From a bacterium (GTDB taxonomy: Bacteria > RBG-13-61-14 > DATKZS01), in assembly GCA_963674965.2 (NCBI GenBank), contig CAXXFL010000002.1, positions 672,001 through 736,000 on the forward strand: a stretch of 64,000 bases of DNA, in the 5' to 3' direction. The notes beneath the pieces were generated by a model. The model had not been told where the DNA came from. It did no database searches and worked only from the letters and a program-made list of their open reading frames with translations. This document shows positions 30,072-39,113 of the stretch, piece after piece. The first letter of the stretch is position 1; every line of letters begins with the position of its first letter. Made by a program: the position numbers and the translations under genes.

Positions 30072-31096
30072 CTTTAACCCGAGTCGCCTTCGAGGTCACG
30101 AGAAGGTGCAACCTTAACTGCAAGCATTGCCTTCGCGACGAGGCCGACGGTCCCCAGGACCTTCCCCTTTCCCTCATCGAGCGGGTCATGACCCAGGCCA
30201 AGGAAAAATACGGAATTCAACTCACGGCCTTTACCGGAGGCGAGCCACTTATGTACCCGAGGCTCGAGGAACTCTTCGACCTTGTCGACGACATGGGGTT
30301 CTCCTTTTCCTTCGTTACCAACGGGCACCTCGTTCCCAAGCGTCTGGGCCTTCTTACCAGACCTGAGACGAGAAGAAGGCTTACGCACGTGGCCGTTAGC
30401 CTGGACGGTCCCGACGCCGAGACCCACGACCATATTCGAGGGGAAGGAGCCTTCAAGAAGGCCGTTGTCGCCATAGCCGCGCTCAAGGCTCAGGGCTTTC
30501 CCGTTCACGTTAAATACTCGGTGGCCAAGCACAACTTCGACCAGCTCGAGCGGGCGGCCCTCCAGGCGGCCCATCTCGGGGCGGCCCGCATCGAGTTGGC
30601 CCACGTTCATCCCACGCCGGAGAACGTCAAGGCCGGCCTCATCCTTACGCCAGACGAGATGAGAAAGGTCGAGAGCGAGGTCTACAGGCTCTCCGAGGAA
30701 CTCAAGATGATGGTGACCATGACCTCGGGGATATACGTGGGCCAGGGCTTTTTCTCCTGCGCCGCCCTGGCCATGTTCGAGATGTACGTGGACTACAAGG
30801 GAAGGCTATGCCTTTGCTGTCAGCTTCCGGGGCTCAAGGGTAGAGACCCCGGCAAAATCGAGGGCGACGTGATCGCGGACCTGGCGGAGACGGACCTGTG
30901 GGACGCCCATAAAAAGCTCGTCTCCGTCATCAGCGGATTGCAGAAGAAACGAGTGGACATGATCGCGAAGGGCGAGCTCGATATGACCGACCACTTCCAG
31001 TGCGTGTCCTGCGCCCGTCATTTTGGAAAGATGGACTGGATAAACGAGCTTCCGGACAATCCCTGGGCCAAGCCCAAGCGGGACGAAAAGCCATAA
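30068..31096 (+). CDS. Radical SAM protein with Cys-rich C-terminal (SPASM/twitch-like) region
   Basis: CNLNCKHC, TGGEP, TNG, SLDG..HDHIRG; later C, CLCC and CVSC; ATGA overlap with the kinase. Confidence 0.9.
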   Translation: MTLTRVAFEVTRRCNLNCKHCLRDEADGPQDLPLSLIERVMTQAKEKYGIQLTAFTGGEPLMYPRLEELFDLVDDMGFSFSFVTNGHLVPKRLGLLTRPETRRRLTHVAVSLDGPDAETHDHIRGEGAFKKAVVAIAALKAQGFPVHVKYSVAKHNFDQLERAALQAAHLGAARIELAHVHPTPENVKAGLILTPDEMRKVESEVYRLSEELKMMVTMTSGIYVGQGFFSCAALAMFEMYVDYKGRLCLCCQLPGLKGRDPGKIEGDVIADLAETDLWDAHKKLVSVISGLQKKRVDMIAKGELDMTDHFQCVSCARHFGKMDWINELPDNPWAKPKRDEKP

Positions 31097-31130
31097 GACC
31101 ATCACGACATAGTATTCTCCACTCCGTTCC

Positions 31131-31159
31131 TTGACGGGAATGGCTCGTCCAGATAGACT
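31131..31159 (+). promoter_or_regulatory. Sigma70-type promoter
   Basis: TTGACG-17 bp-TAGACT upstream of the CDS at 31198. Confidence 0.6.
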
Positions 31160-31197
31160 CTATAAAGGGGAAAAACCCATATAGTCGCGGGGCTGAA

Positions 31198-33408
31198 ATG
31201 GTAATACAATGTCCTAAATGCAAAAAGCAGTATAACGTCGACGGCGAGAAGATCACCGAGTCGGGAGTGAAAATCACCTGCCCGGCCTGCAGGCACCAGT
31301 TCATCGTCAAGAAAAAACAAGAAGAGGCGCCTGAGGAGGACAAGAAGCCCAAAAGTCCACCCTGCGCCGTTTGCGGCCAGCCCAGCACTCACGTCTTCGT
31401 TGGTCCCCCTCCCCGTCCTCTTTGCGAATATCACTACACGGTGGAGAAGGAAAAGCAGTCCAGGTTTTTCGAGAGCAAGGCGGACGCCAACGACAAGACC
31501 GCCCCTCCCGTTAAACCCGCGGCGGCCCCGGCCCAGCCCGCGATAACCGGCCCCCCCTCGGAGCCGGCCTTTGAAAGCTTTGACGACGATTTCGACTTTT
31601 TCGACTCCGAGGAGGCGTCGGATGGGGCCCCGGCCCAGAGCGCCGGCGTCGCTAAGCCCGGCGGCGACCCCTCCTTTTCCCAGGTTTTTCCCGATAACGC
31701 GGGAAGCCCTGGCAAAACCCAGGCCCTAGGCCCATCCGGTCAAGACCCCTTTCTTCCCGACCCAATGGAGGCGGCGGATACAAATTCAGCGGACACGGCC
31801 AGGGCCGCCTCCTTGCCCGATCCCTTCCAGCCCGGTGACTTGCCGCCCAAGTCGCCCTCCCCCGAGCCCGACCCCTTCAGCGCCGCGGCCATGGGCGAGG
31901 CCAAAAAACAAGAAGACCCCTTCAGCGCCAACGGCTCGATATCCAGCGACGGCGACTCCGACCCCTTCAGGCCTTCTCCGGAAGACTCGATGGGTCCCAT
32001 TGACTCCGACGACTTCACGGGCTTCGAGAAGGAAGACGCCCCGGCTTCCAAAATAAAGTCATTAAAGGATTACAACCTTGACGGCTCGCCGGTTGACGAG
32101 TCTTACAGCGAGCTCGAGGAACAGGAGTCGAGCTTCGAATGGGAAACGCCAAGCGAAAGCACGGGATCGAAACCCCTCGGCGTAACCCTGGACGCGGAAC
32201 TTGGCGCCCCCTTGAGATCGGAGTCCCAGACTATGCAGGACCCCGCTCCCGTCTCGGCCCCTCCTAAAAAACAGGGCAACGGGACCATGACCTGGAAACC
32301 GGTCAAGCAAAGGGGCTTAACGGAAACCTTTTCGCTATTGTCCTTGCTGTTATTGCTAGTGGCCGGTTCCTTGTACGTGTCTTTTTCCAATCCCGGCCCC
32401 GCCTCCTCAGCGGGAGTGTCGGATTATTCAACGCCGTCGCGGACCTGGGCGGGAAAGCTTTCCCAAGCGGATGACGATGAACTTCCCAGCGTGACCATCG
32501 CCCCGCTCGAGCCTCTTTCTCCCGTCTCGGGACCGGGTGACGCCGGCGTGGCGGTCGAGGCGTCCAAACTGGCCGAGGAGGCGCTGGGGCTGATGTTGGA
32601 GGACACCTCCACCTCATACGAACAGGCCCTGGCCAGGGTCGAGAAGGCCATCGCCATCGACCCGCGCAACTCGTCGAATAAGGCGCTTAAGATCGAGATA
32701 CTGGCTTTCCGGGAAACCCTGGACAAGGACGGCGGAACCACTTTAAAGGCCGATGAATCCAAGGACGAGCTTGAGGCCCTGGGCAAGACCCTGGCCAACG
32801 ACCCGGCCCTTCTTCGGGCCAAGGCCCACGTCTTTTTAAACTTTAAAACCACGATCGCCGCCAGGAAGCTCTTGGAGGATTACGAGGGTGCCAACCCGAG
32901 AGACGCCATCGCCTCTTATCTGATCGGCATGACCTATCTGCACCAGCCCAGTCCCGACCTGGAGTCGGCCGAGAAATTTCTTAAAAAAGCCGTCGAGACG
33001 GAACCGGACCTGATACGGGCCTATTGGGAACTGGCAGGTATCTACCGCCGGACCGGGCGCCAGGACGAGGCCATCAACATGTACACTGAAGTGCTGACCC
33101 GCTCGCCCAAAAGGGCCGGGACGGCCAAGGCCATGGAGGAGACCGAGCGTGAGAAAAGCGGCCCTCCACCTGCCACCAAACCGGAAAAGCCGGGAGAAGA
33201 GATAGTAATCGACGTGAAGCCGGCGAAACCGGAAAAGAAGTCCAAGGGCATCAAGGGAACGGGAGAAGCGATCACGGAGGTACTGCTCGACTCCATCATC
33301 GAGGTCGAGCCGCAATTACGGCGGATCAAGCCCTTGTCCACCAGCCCAACTTCGGGCACGCCCATTAAAAAAACCCTTCCCCCTCCGCCGGAGGAGGCCC
33401 CAAGATAA
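31198..33408 (+). CDS. MJ0042-type zinc-ribbon protein with disordered linker, one TM and periplasmic TPRs
   Basis: CPKC...CPACRHQF, acidic Pro-rich linker, LLSLLLLLVAG TM segment, TPR-like helices. Confidence 0.82.
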   Translation: MVIQCPKCKKQYNVDGEKITESGVKITCPACRHQFIVKKKQEEAPEEDKKPKSPPCAVCGQPSTHVFVGPPPRPLCEYHYTVEKEKQSRFFESKADANDKTAPPVKPAAAPAQPAITGPPSEPAFESFDDDFDFFDSEEASDGAPAQSAGVAKPGGDPSFSQVFPDNAGSPGKTQALGPSGQDPFLPDPMEAADTNSADTARAASLPDPFQPGDLPPKSPSPEPDPFSAAAMGEAKKQEDPFSANGSISSDGDSDPFRPSPEDSMGPIDSDDFTGFEKEDAPASKIKSLKDYNLDGSPVDESYSELEEQESSFEWETPSESTGSKPLGVTLDAELGAPLRSESQTMQDPAPVSAPPKKQGNGTMTWKPVKQRGLTETFSLLSLLLLLVAGSLYVSFSNPGPASSAGVSDYSTPSRTWAGKLSQADDDELPSVTIAPLEPLSPVSGPGDAGVAVEASKLAEEALGLMLEDTSTSYEQALARVEKAIAIDPRNSSNKALKIEILAFRETLDKDGGTTLKADESKDELEALGKTLANDPALLRAKAHVFLNFKTTIAARKLLEDYEGANPRDAIASYLIGMTYLHQPSPDLESAEKFLKKAVETEPDLIRAYWELAGIYRRTGRQDEAINMYTEVLTRSPKRAGTAKAMEETEREKSGPPPATKPEKPGEEIVIDVKPAKPEKKSKGIKGTGEAITEVLLDSIIEVEPQLRRIKPLSTSPTSGTPIKKTLPPPPEEAPR

Positions 33409-33423
33409 TAGGCTAAATCGGCT

Positions 33424-35421
33424 CTACGACCCCTCCCGGATTGTCTCGGCGTACTCCGAAAGTCCCAGTCTCATAAGACTGGTTATAAGGGGCGAGCCGT
33501 CTTTGTCCCATCCCATTTCCCGGGTGAAATTTTCGCTCAGTTCCTGGAGAGGAACGCTCGCTCCCTTCAGCGGCCCCGACCGGAGGGGAGGTCTTCCCAG
33601 CGCCCTGTCCGGAGGTCTGAAATCCCGCGCGGGAATCTTCCCATGGCGGACGTTGAAGATTTGCCGGGCGTGCTGGATTCGATGGCCTATATCGAGATAT
33701 TCCTCGGGTTGCCTGTCCCATCCCGCGGCCGCGTTAATATACTCGATCAGCGGATAGGCGTCTCCAAACTCGGCGGCGAAAAGGCAAACGCCGCAGCCGT
33801 TGACGACCTGCATGAATTTCGAGGCGGCGGCGAGCAGTATCTCGCGGTCCTTGGTCACGTATCGCGACGACTTCCTGTAGACCATGTCCACGGGGGGCAG
33901 GGACTTGAAGGTCTTATGCAGTTGGAAAAGCTCGAGAAAGAGGTAGGAATAGTTGGTGTGTCTTCCCGGCGTCGGCTCCATGTAATAGGCCACGCCCAGT
34001 CCGGGGTCCAGTCTCGAGTCGTGCATGGGCAGGTCCTGTCCGCCCGCGTGCATGGCCCACTCGGCTCCCGCGCCTATCCGCCGGGCCGCCATGGCCGAGC
34101 CGTCGGCCAGTACCTCCCCTATTCCCTCCCGCCTGATCATCTTTTCCACCAGCTTTACCACCGCCTTCGAGTCGCCCCATTTCAGGTCCACGCCGTCCAG
34201 GTCGTCCAGGGTAAGGACGCCCCTTTCCCGGCACTCCATGGCGAAGGCCGCGGCCGATCCCGCGGAAATGGTATCCATGCCCGCTCGGTTTAGCATGTCG
34301 TTAATAAGGAAGATCGAGTCGAGGTCGCGGTTTAGTATGAGTCCCCCAAAGGCGCCCATGGTCTCGTATTCGGGCTTGTGAGTCTCGGTCAGGTCGATGC
34401 CCGACCTTTCCCTTAAATCGAGCACGCCTCCGCATCCGATGGGACAGCTCACGCAGTTGTAACGGCTCTTCTGGAGGCCAATGACCAGTCCCGGGTCCAG
34501 GTTGCGGGAATGGGTGGAAAGAGGATAATCGGCGGTCGAGGAACCCATCCAGTTCTTGAGCGGAGTGTCGCCCATCTCGGCCGAGATGACGTTCGAGACA
34601 ATGGTGCCGTACTTACGAAGGAAAGTCCGGGTCATTTCGGCCTCGGCCCCGAACCCGAGGGGAGACAGTCTCATGAAGCGAGCGATAAGGCGGTTAAGAA
34701 AATTGGGTACCATCTTCCCCGCCTTGTCGCCCGCCACCGCCCAGCGGGCGAACTCTCGTGAAAGACCTTTGATCCGTTCGGGGTCGTGAGTCTCGATTCG
34801 TTCCTTGCCCGACAAGGCCACGGCCTTGAGGTTCTTCGAGCCCATCACCGCGCCCAGACCCGAGCGGGCGGCGATCCTCGCGCCATCCGTGACTATGCCG
34901 GAGATGAGCGACAGGCGCTCCCCCGCCGGCCCGATACAGGCGACCCGCGTCCGGCCGCCGGAGTCATCCATGATCCTTTTTTCCGTCTCGACCGTGTCCA
35001 GTCCCCATAAATGGGAGGCGTCCTTTAACTCGGCCTTGCCCTCCCCGATGGAAAGATATACCGGACTCTCGGCAGCGCCCTTGAAAAATATCGCGTCGTA
35101 GCCGCATTTCTTGATGGAGGGAGAAAACCTGCCTCCCCCGTTGGCGTCGCCCCATCCTCCGGTAAGCGGAGATTTCCCCATGGCCATCCAGCGGCCGGAC
35201 ATGGCGGCCCCCGTTCCGGTAAGAAGACCGGAGGCCAGTCCCAGCACGTTGTCGGGCCCCAAAGGGTCGGCCCCCGCCGGAATCTCCCGGTTCAGAATCC
35301 AAGCTCCAAGCCCCACGCCGGAGAGGAAGCGCTCGTAAACCTTGTCCTCAATTTCCTCCTCGGCAAGGCTTTGGGCGGTCAAGTCCACCCAGAGCACTTT
35401 GCCCATGTACCCTTTTCTCAT
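33424..35421 (-). CDS. Aldehyde:ferredoxin oxidoreductase family protein (second paralog)
   Basis: GYMGKVLWVDL, KSPLTGGWGDANGGG, AARSGLGAVMGSKNLKA, CVSCPIGC, PEYET, MHD. Confidence 0.95.
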   Translation of the reverse strand: MRKGYMGKVLWVDLTAQSLAEEEIEDKVYERFLSGVGLGAWILNREIPAGADPLGPDNVLGLASGLLTGTGAAMSGRWMAMGKSPLTGGWGDANGGGRFSPSIKKCGYDAIFFKGAAESPVYLSIGEGKAELKDASHLWGLDTVETEKRIMDDSGGRTRVACIGPAGERLSLISGIVTDGARIAARSGLGAVMGSKNLKAVALSGKERIETHDPERIKGLSREFARWAVAGDKAGKMVPNFLNRLIARFMRLSPLGFGAEAEMTRTFLRKYGTIVSNVISAEMGDTPLKNWMGSSTADYPLSTHSRNLDPGLVIGLQKSRYNCVSCPIGCGGVLDLRERSGIDLTETHKPEYETMGAFGGLILNRDLDSIFLINDMLNRAGMDTISAGSAAAFAMECRERGVLTLDDLDGVDLKWGDSKAVVKLVEKMIRREGIGEVLADGSAMAARRIGAGAEWAMHAGGQDLPMHDSRLDPGLGVAYYMEPTPGRHTNYSYLFLELFQLHKTFKSLPPVDMVYRKSSRYVTKDREILLAAASKFMQVVNGCGVCLFAAEFGDAYPLIEYINAAAGWDRQPEEYLDIGHRIQHARQIFNVRHGKIPARDFRPPDRALGRPPLRSGPLKGASVPLQELSENFTREMGWDKDGSPLITSLMRLGLSEYAETIREGS

Positions 35422-35535
35422 GGCGGATTTCCTTTTATTACCGTGTGCCCCGGATGGCCGTAATAACGGGTCGGTTCCTTGGGGTCCTTAAAAAATCCAG
35501 CGTTATAGGTCGCGCTTTTTTTACGGCGTTTACGG

Positions 35536-36339
35536 TTACGGCTCGGCGCCTTCCGTGCCCGGAGCGGCGGATGCGTTTGATTTTTTCAGCTCGAGGTATC
35601 GAAGGTTGGTGATGGCGTCTTCATAGCCGGGCCGGTAGCGGAGGGCCTTCTCATAGGCGCTTTTGGCCTCGGCCTTCCTGCCCTGCATCATCATAAGGTT
35701 GCCCAGGTCGTTAAGGGCCTCGGCGTATCCGGGGCGCAGTTCGAGGGCCTTTTCCAGACTCTTCTCGGCCTTGTCCATCATGCCTTTCTCGGTGTAAATG
35801 AAAGCGAGGTTCTTATAGGCCTCGGGCTCGTTGGCGGAAAGCTCGACAATCTGGTTGAAAAGCTCCTCGGCCCCGTCCAGGTCCCTTTCCAGAAGATATT
35901 GATAGCCAAGCTGGTATAACGAAAGCAAATGGGCCGGGTCGGCCGCCTTGGCCTTCTCGAAGTATTTTTTGGACTCCCGATTCTCGCCTTGCCGGACCGC
36001 CATTCGTCCGGCCTCGAACAAGGGCTCGGGGTTGGCTGGCTCCAGATCGGAGGCCCTCTCGAAGCTTTCCCGCGCCCGGCCGTAGTCGCCCTCCTTCTCC
36101 AACACCCGCCCCAGGGAAAAGTGAAGCTTCGGGTCGTCGGGGGCCAGGTCTATTGCCTTCTCCAACTTGACCTCGGCCTCGAAGGTTTTGCCTTCCTCCA
36201 CGAGCGTGACCGATTGTCCGTGAAGCGACTCGGCAAGCTTCATCTTTCTGTAATCGGAAAAGTAAATCCAAATAAAGGAAATTACAATCATCGTGGCCAA
36301 GCCGAGAAAGACCAGACTCAACCGCCGCCGCTCGATCAT
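35536..36339 (-). CDS. Membrane-anchored TPR protein
   Basis: N-terminal TM followed by tandem TPRs; overlaps the upstream stop (ATGA). Confidence 0.88.
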   Translation of the reverse strand: MIERRRLSLVFLGLATMIVISFIWIYFSDYRKMKLAESLHGQSVTLVEEGKTFEAEVKLEKAIDLAPDDPKLHFSLGRVLEKEGDYGRARESFERASDLEPANPEPLFEAGRMAVRQGENRESKKYFEKAKAADPAHLLSLYQLGYQYLLERDLDGAEELFNQIVELSANEPEAYKNLAFIYTEKGMMDKAEKSLEKALELRPGYAEALNDLGNLMMMQGRKAEAKSAYEKALRYRPGYEDAITNLRYLELKKSNASAAPGTEGAEP

Positions 36340-38861
36340 TTTTTATCCTTCTTTCCCTGGCGTTCCTTCAGCATGTCCTTCAAGCCATCCAGCACGCTGG
36401 CCATGCCCTGAACCTGGTTCTCGATCTGGTTGATCCGCTCCATCAGCTCTTTGGTGTCCTCATCCTCGGCGGCCTGGAGGATTTCTCTTTCCTCCTCCTC
36501 GCTCAGCTCGGAGGGGGGCGCGTCATCGGATATAGCCGCCTCGACCTCGGGAGCGGGTTCTTCTTCCTCGGCTGGCGCCTCCGGTCCCGAGGAAGGCTCC
36601 GCTAATTCTGTCTCCTCGGACGGTCCCGGAGGGGCGGCTTCCCGTTCCCCGGCGGGCACATCATCGGGAGGCTCGGGTTCGGCCAGATTAAAGGAAGGAA
36701 CTGACAGAGCGCCTTCGTCCGGCTCGATCTGGACTTCCGATTGAGACGCCTCGAGCAGTTCGTCAAGGGTAAGGGAACCGCTTGTCTCCTCGGCCTCCGG
36801 TTCCTCGGACGAGACGGGAGGTCCTTCATCGGACTCGGCCGCCGAGTTTAAAAGCTCGTCCAGCGTGGTCGAGAGGGATGGCTCCGCGAAATCGGGCGTC
36901 TCCTCCGACGTTTCGATGGACTCGGACCCTTCCGGTTCCTCAGGGGCCTCGAGAATCCTTTCCAGTTCGGCCACCGTCTCGTCCTCTTCCTGGGCCGTCC
37001 TGTCAATGAGGGTGGGAGGATCGATATATTCCGGCTCCTCCTGGGCGCTTGCATCAGGAGGTGGAGGAACGAGCACCTCGGGAGGGCCTTCCTCGACCGA
37101 GACCTCGTCTGTGAGCATATCCAGATCGGGGGGTTCCAGGTCGGCTGGAGGAGATGCCTCCGCGGGCCCTTCCTGGGATGGAAGCTCGAGTTCCGGGGCC
37201 TCCAGTATCTCGTCAAGGGGCGGCGCCTCCAGAGGCGGGGCCTCATAGGGCGCCTCCGCGGGGGACGGATCGAAGGTCCCGGGCCCCTCGCCGGCGTCCG
37301 GCGCGGGAGGAATAATCGGCAATGTATCCTCCAGGTCCGCGTCGTCGTCAGGCGGGGCCTGGAGCGGAGCGGGGTCCAGCCCTATGGCCTCGGTCTGCAT
37401 CTCCATAGGGATAGGGGCGGCTTCCTCCGCCTCCGGCCCATCGGTGGCGGATGGAAAGACCTCGTCCAGGTCCATCATGTCCACCTGGTCGTCCGAGGAT
37501 TCCTGGGCCGTTATCTCGGCCGCGGACTCGTGGGCCGACTCGAGCCATGACTCGGGCGGCTCCTCTTCTTGTTCCGGTTCCGGGGCCGGCTCTTCCTCGA
37601 TCGATCCGGGTGACTCCTCGACCATCAGGCCGGGTACCTCCTCGCCAAGCGACCCGTCAAAGGTCGCCTCGGGAGGCGGGACTTCCTCGAGCGGCGGGGC
37701 CGTTTCAGCTTCCACGAGGTCCATGGCGGATTCCGCCGGGGTTTCCTCCGTTACCAGCCCGGGAGGGGGAAGATCGGGTGGAAGTTCCTCACCCTGGTCG
37801 GGGATTTCAAGAGGAGGGGCCTCGAGGGTATCGACCAGTTCCGACTCGAGAACGTCCTCATCCTCGACCAGGTCCAGGCCTTGCCCAGGGTCATCGATGG
37901 GCGCGGCCGCCTCCTCTGGCTCGGCCGGCTCGTCAAAGGGAGGAAGATCGGGGGCCTCGATAACCGGTCCCGATTCGAAAGACGGCGCCTCCTCCATGGG
38001 CGGGGCTTCCTCCATAAGGGGCAGTTCCTCCATGGGAGGCATTTCCTCAGCCAGGCCCGGCGCCTGGTCGTCCTCCTCGAGGGACAGGCCCAAGTCGTCG
38101 CCCTCGAGCGAGACGACCTCCTCGATAACGCCGGGCGATGGCGGGGCCTCGAGGCTCTCGAGTTCGGACACGTCAAGCGGTATCTCGACGTTGATTTCCT
38201 CCTCGAGGGGGGCCGCCTCGGGCTCGGCCAATTCGTCGGGAAGGGCGAAGTCCTCGTCGGGCAAAGCCAGGTCGTCGTCAACGGAAACAAGCTCGTCATC
38301 GACTATGTCGATGGATTCACCCGTGTTAACGTAAGACACGACGGCGGCGGCGGGTTCGTGCTCGACGGGCTGAATGTCCCCGTTCTGGTCCCTTACGAAG
38401 GCTTTCTTGACCGGCTGGACCGCGCCCACGGGGGTCCTTTCCGGCACCTTCCTGAGTTTGACCTCGATGCTGGTGGGCGTGGCCAGCTTGAGCGTGGCCG
38501 GCGCGCCCAGGACGTTGGCAAGGCTTTGCGAAAGGTTTGGTCTTTCCGGCTCCGAGCATGCCACCACGTATTGAGAGCCGTCAAACTCGATGGGCATGGC
38601 CAGCCATTCCCTTACGAAATCCTTGTTGATTTTTTTCAGCAATTCATGGGGAATTTCAAGGCGTCGAAGGTCCACGAACTCCATCTCGAGCTGCTCGGCA
38701 AGGACTTCATATAGCTGATCTTCCTCGAGGTAGCCCAACTCGATAAGGCTTTCGCCCAGTTTCGTCTTCCATTTGCGCTGGTAACTAAGCGCGGCGTAGA
38801 GCTGGAATTCGGTGATGATACCCTTTTCCTCGAGCATTGCCCCGATTTTTTTTCTCGCCAT
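36336..38861 (-). CDS. MshEN (GspE/PilB N-terminal) domain protein with long acidic low-complexity tail
   Basis: KIGAMLEEKGIITEFQLYAALSYQ and KLGESLIELGYLEEDQLYEVLAEQ tandem motifs; no ATPase domain; E/D/P-rich remainder. Confidence 0.82.
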   Translation of the reverse strand: MARKKIGAMLEEKGIITEFQLYAALSYQRKWKTKLGESLIELGYLEEDQLYEVLAEQLEMEFVDLRRLEIPHELLKKINKDFVREWLAMPIEFDGSQYVVACSEPERPNLSQSLANVLGAPATLKLATPTSIEVKLRKVPERTPVGAVQPVKKAFVRDQNGDIQPVEHEPAAAVVSYVNTGESIDIVDDELVSVDDDLALPDEDFALPDELAEPEAAPLEEEINVEIPLDVSELESLEAPPSPGVIEEVVSLEGDDLGLSLEEDDQAPGLAEEMPPMEELPLMEEAPPMEEAPSFESGPVIEAPDLPPFDEPAEPEEAAAPIDDPGQGLDLVEDEDVLESELVDTLEAPPLEIPDQGEELPPDLPPPGLVTEETPAESAMDLVEAETAPPLEEVPPPEATFDGSLGEEVPGLMVEESPGSIEEEPAPEPEQEEEPPESWLESAHESAAEITAQESSDDQVDMMDLDEVFPSATDGPEAEEAAPIPMEMQTEAIGLDPAPLQAPPDDDADLEDTLPIIPPAPDAGEGPGTFDPSPAEAPYEAPPLEAPPLDEILEAPELELPSQEGPAEASPPADLEPPDLDMLTDEVSVEEGPPEVLVPPPPDASAQEEPEYIDPPTLIDRTAQEEDETVAELERILEAPEEPEGSESIETSEETPDFAEPSLSTTLDELLNSAAESDEGPPVSSEEPEAEETSGSLTLDELLEASQSEVQIEPDEGALSVPSFNLAEPEPPDDVPAGEREAAPPGPSEETELAEPSSGPEAPAEEEEPAPEVEAAISDDAPPSELSEEEEREILQAAEDEDTKELMERINQIENQVQGMASVLDGLKDMLKERQGKKDKK

Positions 38862-39113
38862 CTCACATAGCTCCTTGTCAACTTCAGCGAACCGAACGGC
38901 GGTTTAACGAACGCGGGAGCGATATCCTTTAACGCGCGAGATAAAGCGCGGCCCTCCCTATTTGTATAAAGCCTGGCCCAAGGCCATCGGCCTGGCCGAC
39001 GTAATATTTCCTCAACCATACACTTTAGCACTTTGGCGCGTAAATATCAAAGTTAAAAAAGAAAAAACATTCAAAGCCGATCAGTCCCGAAACCTTTTGG
39101 CCCAGGCAAAGGA

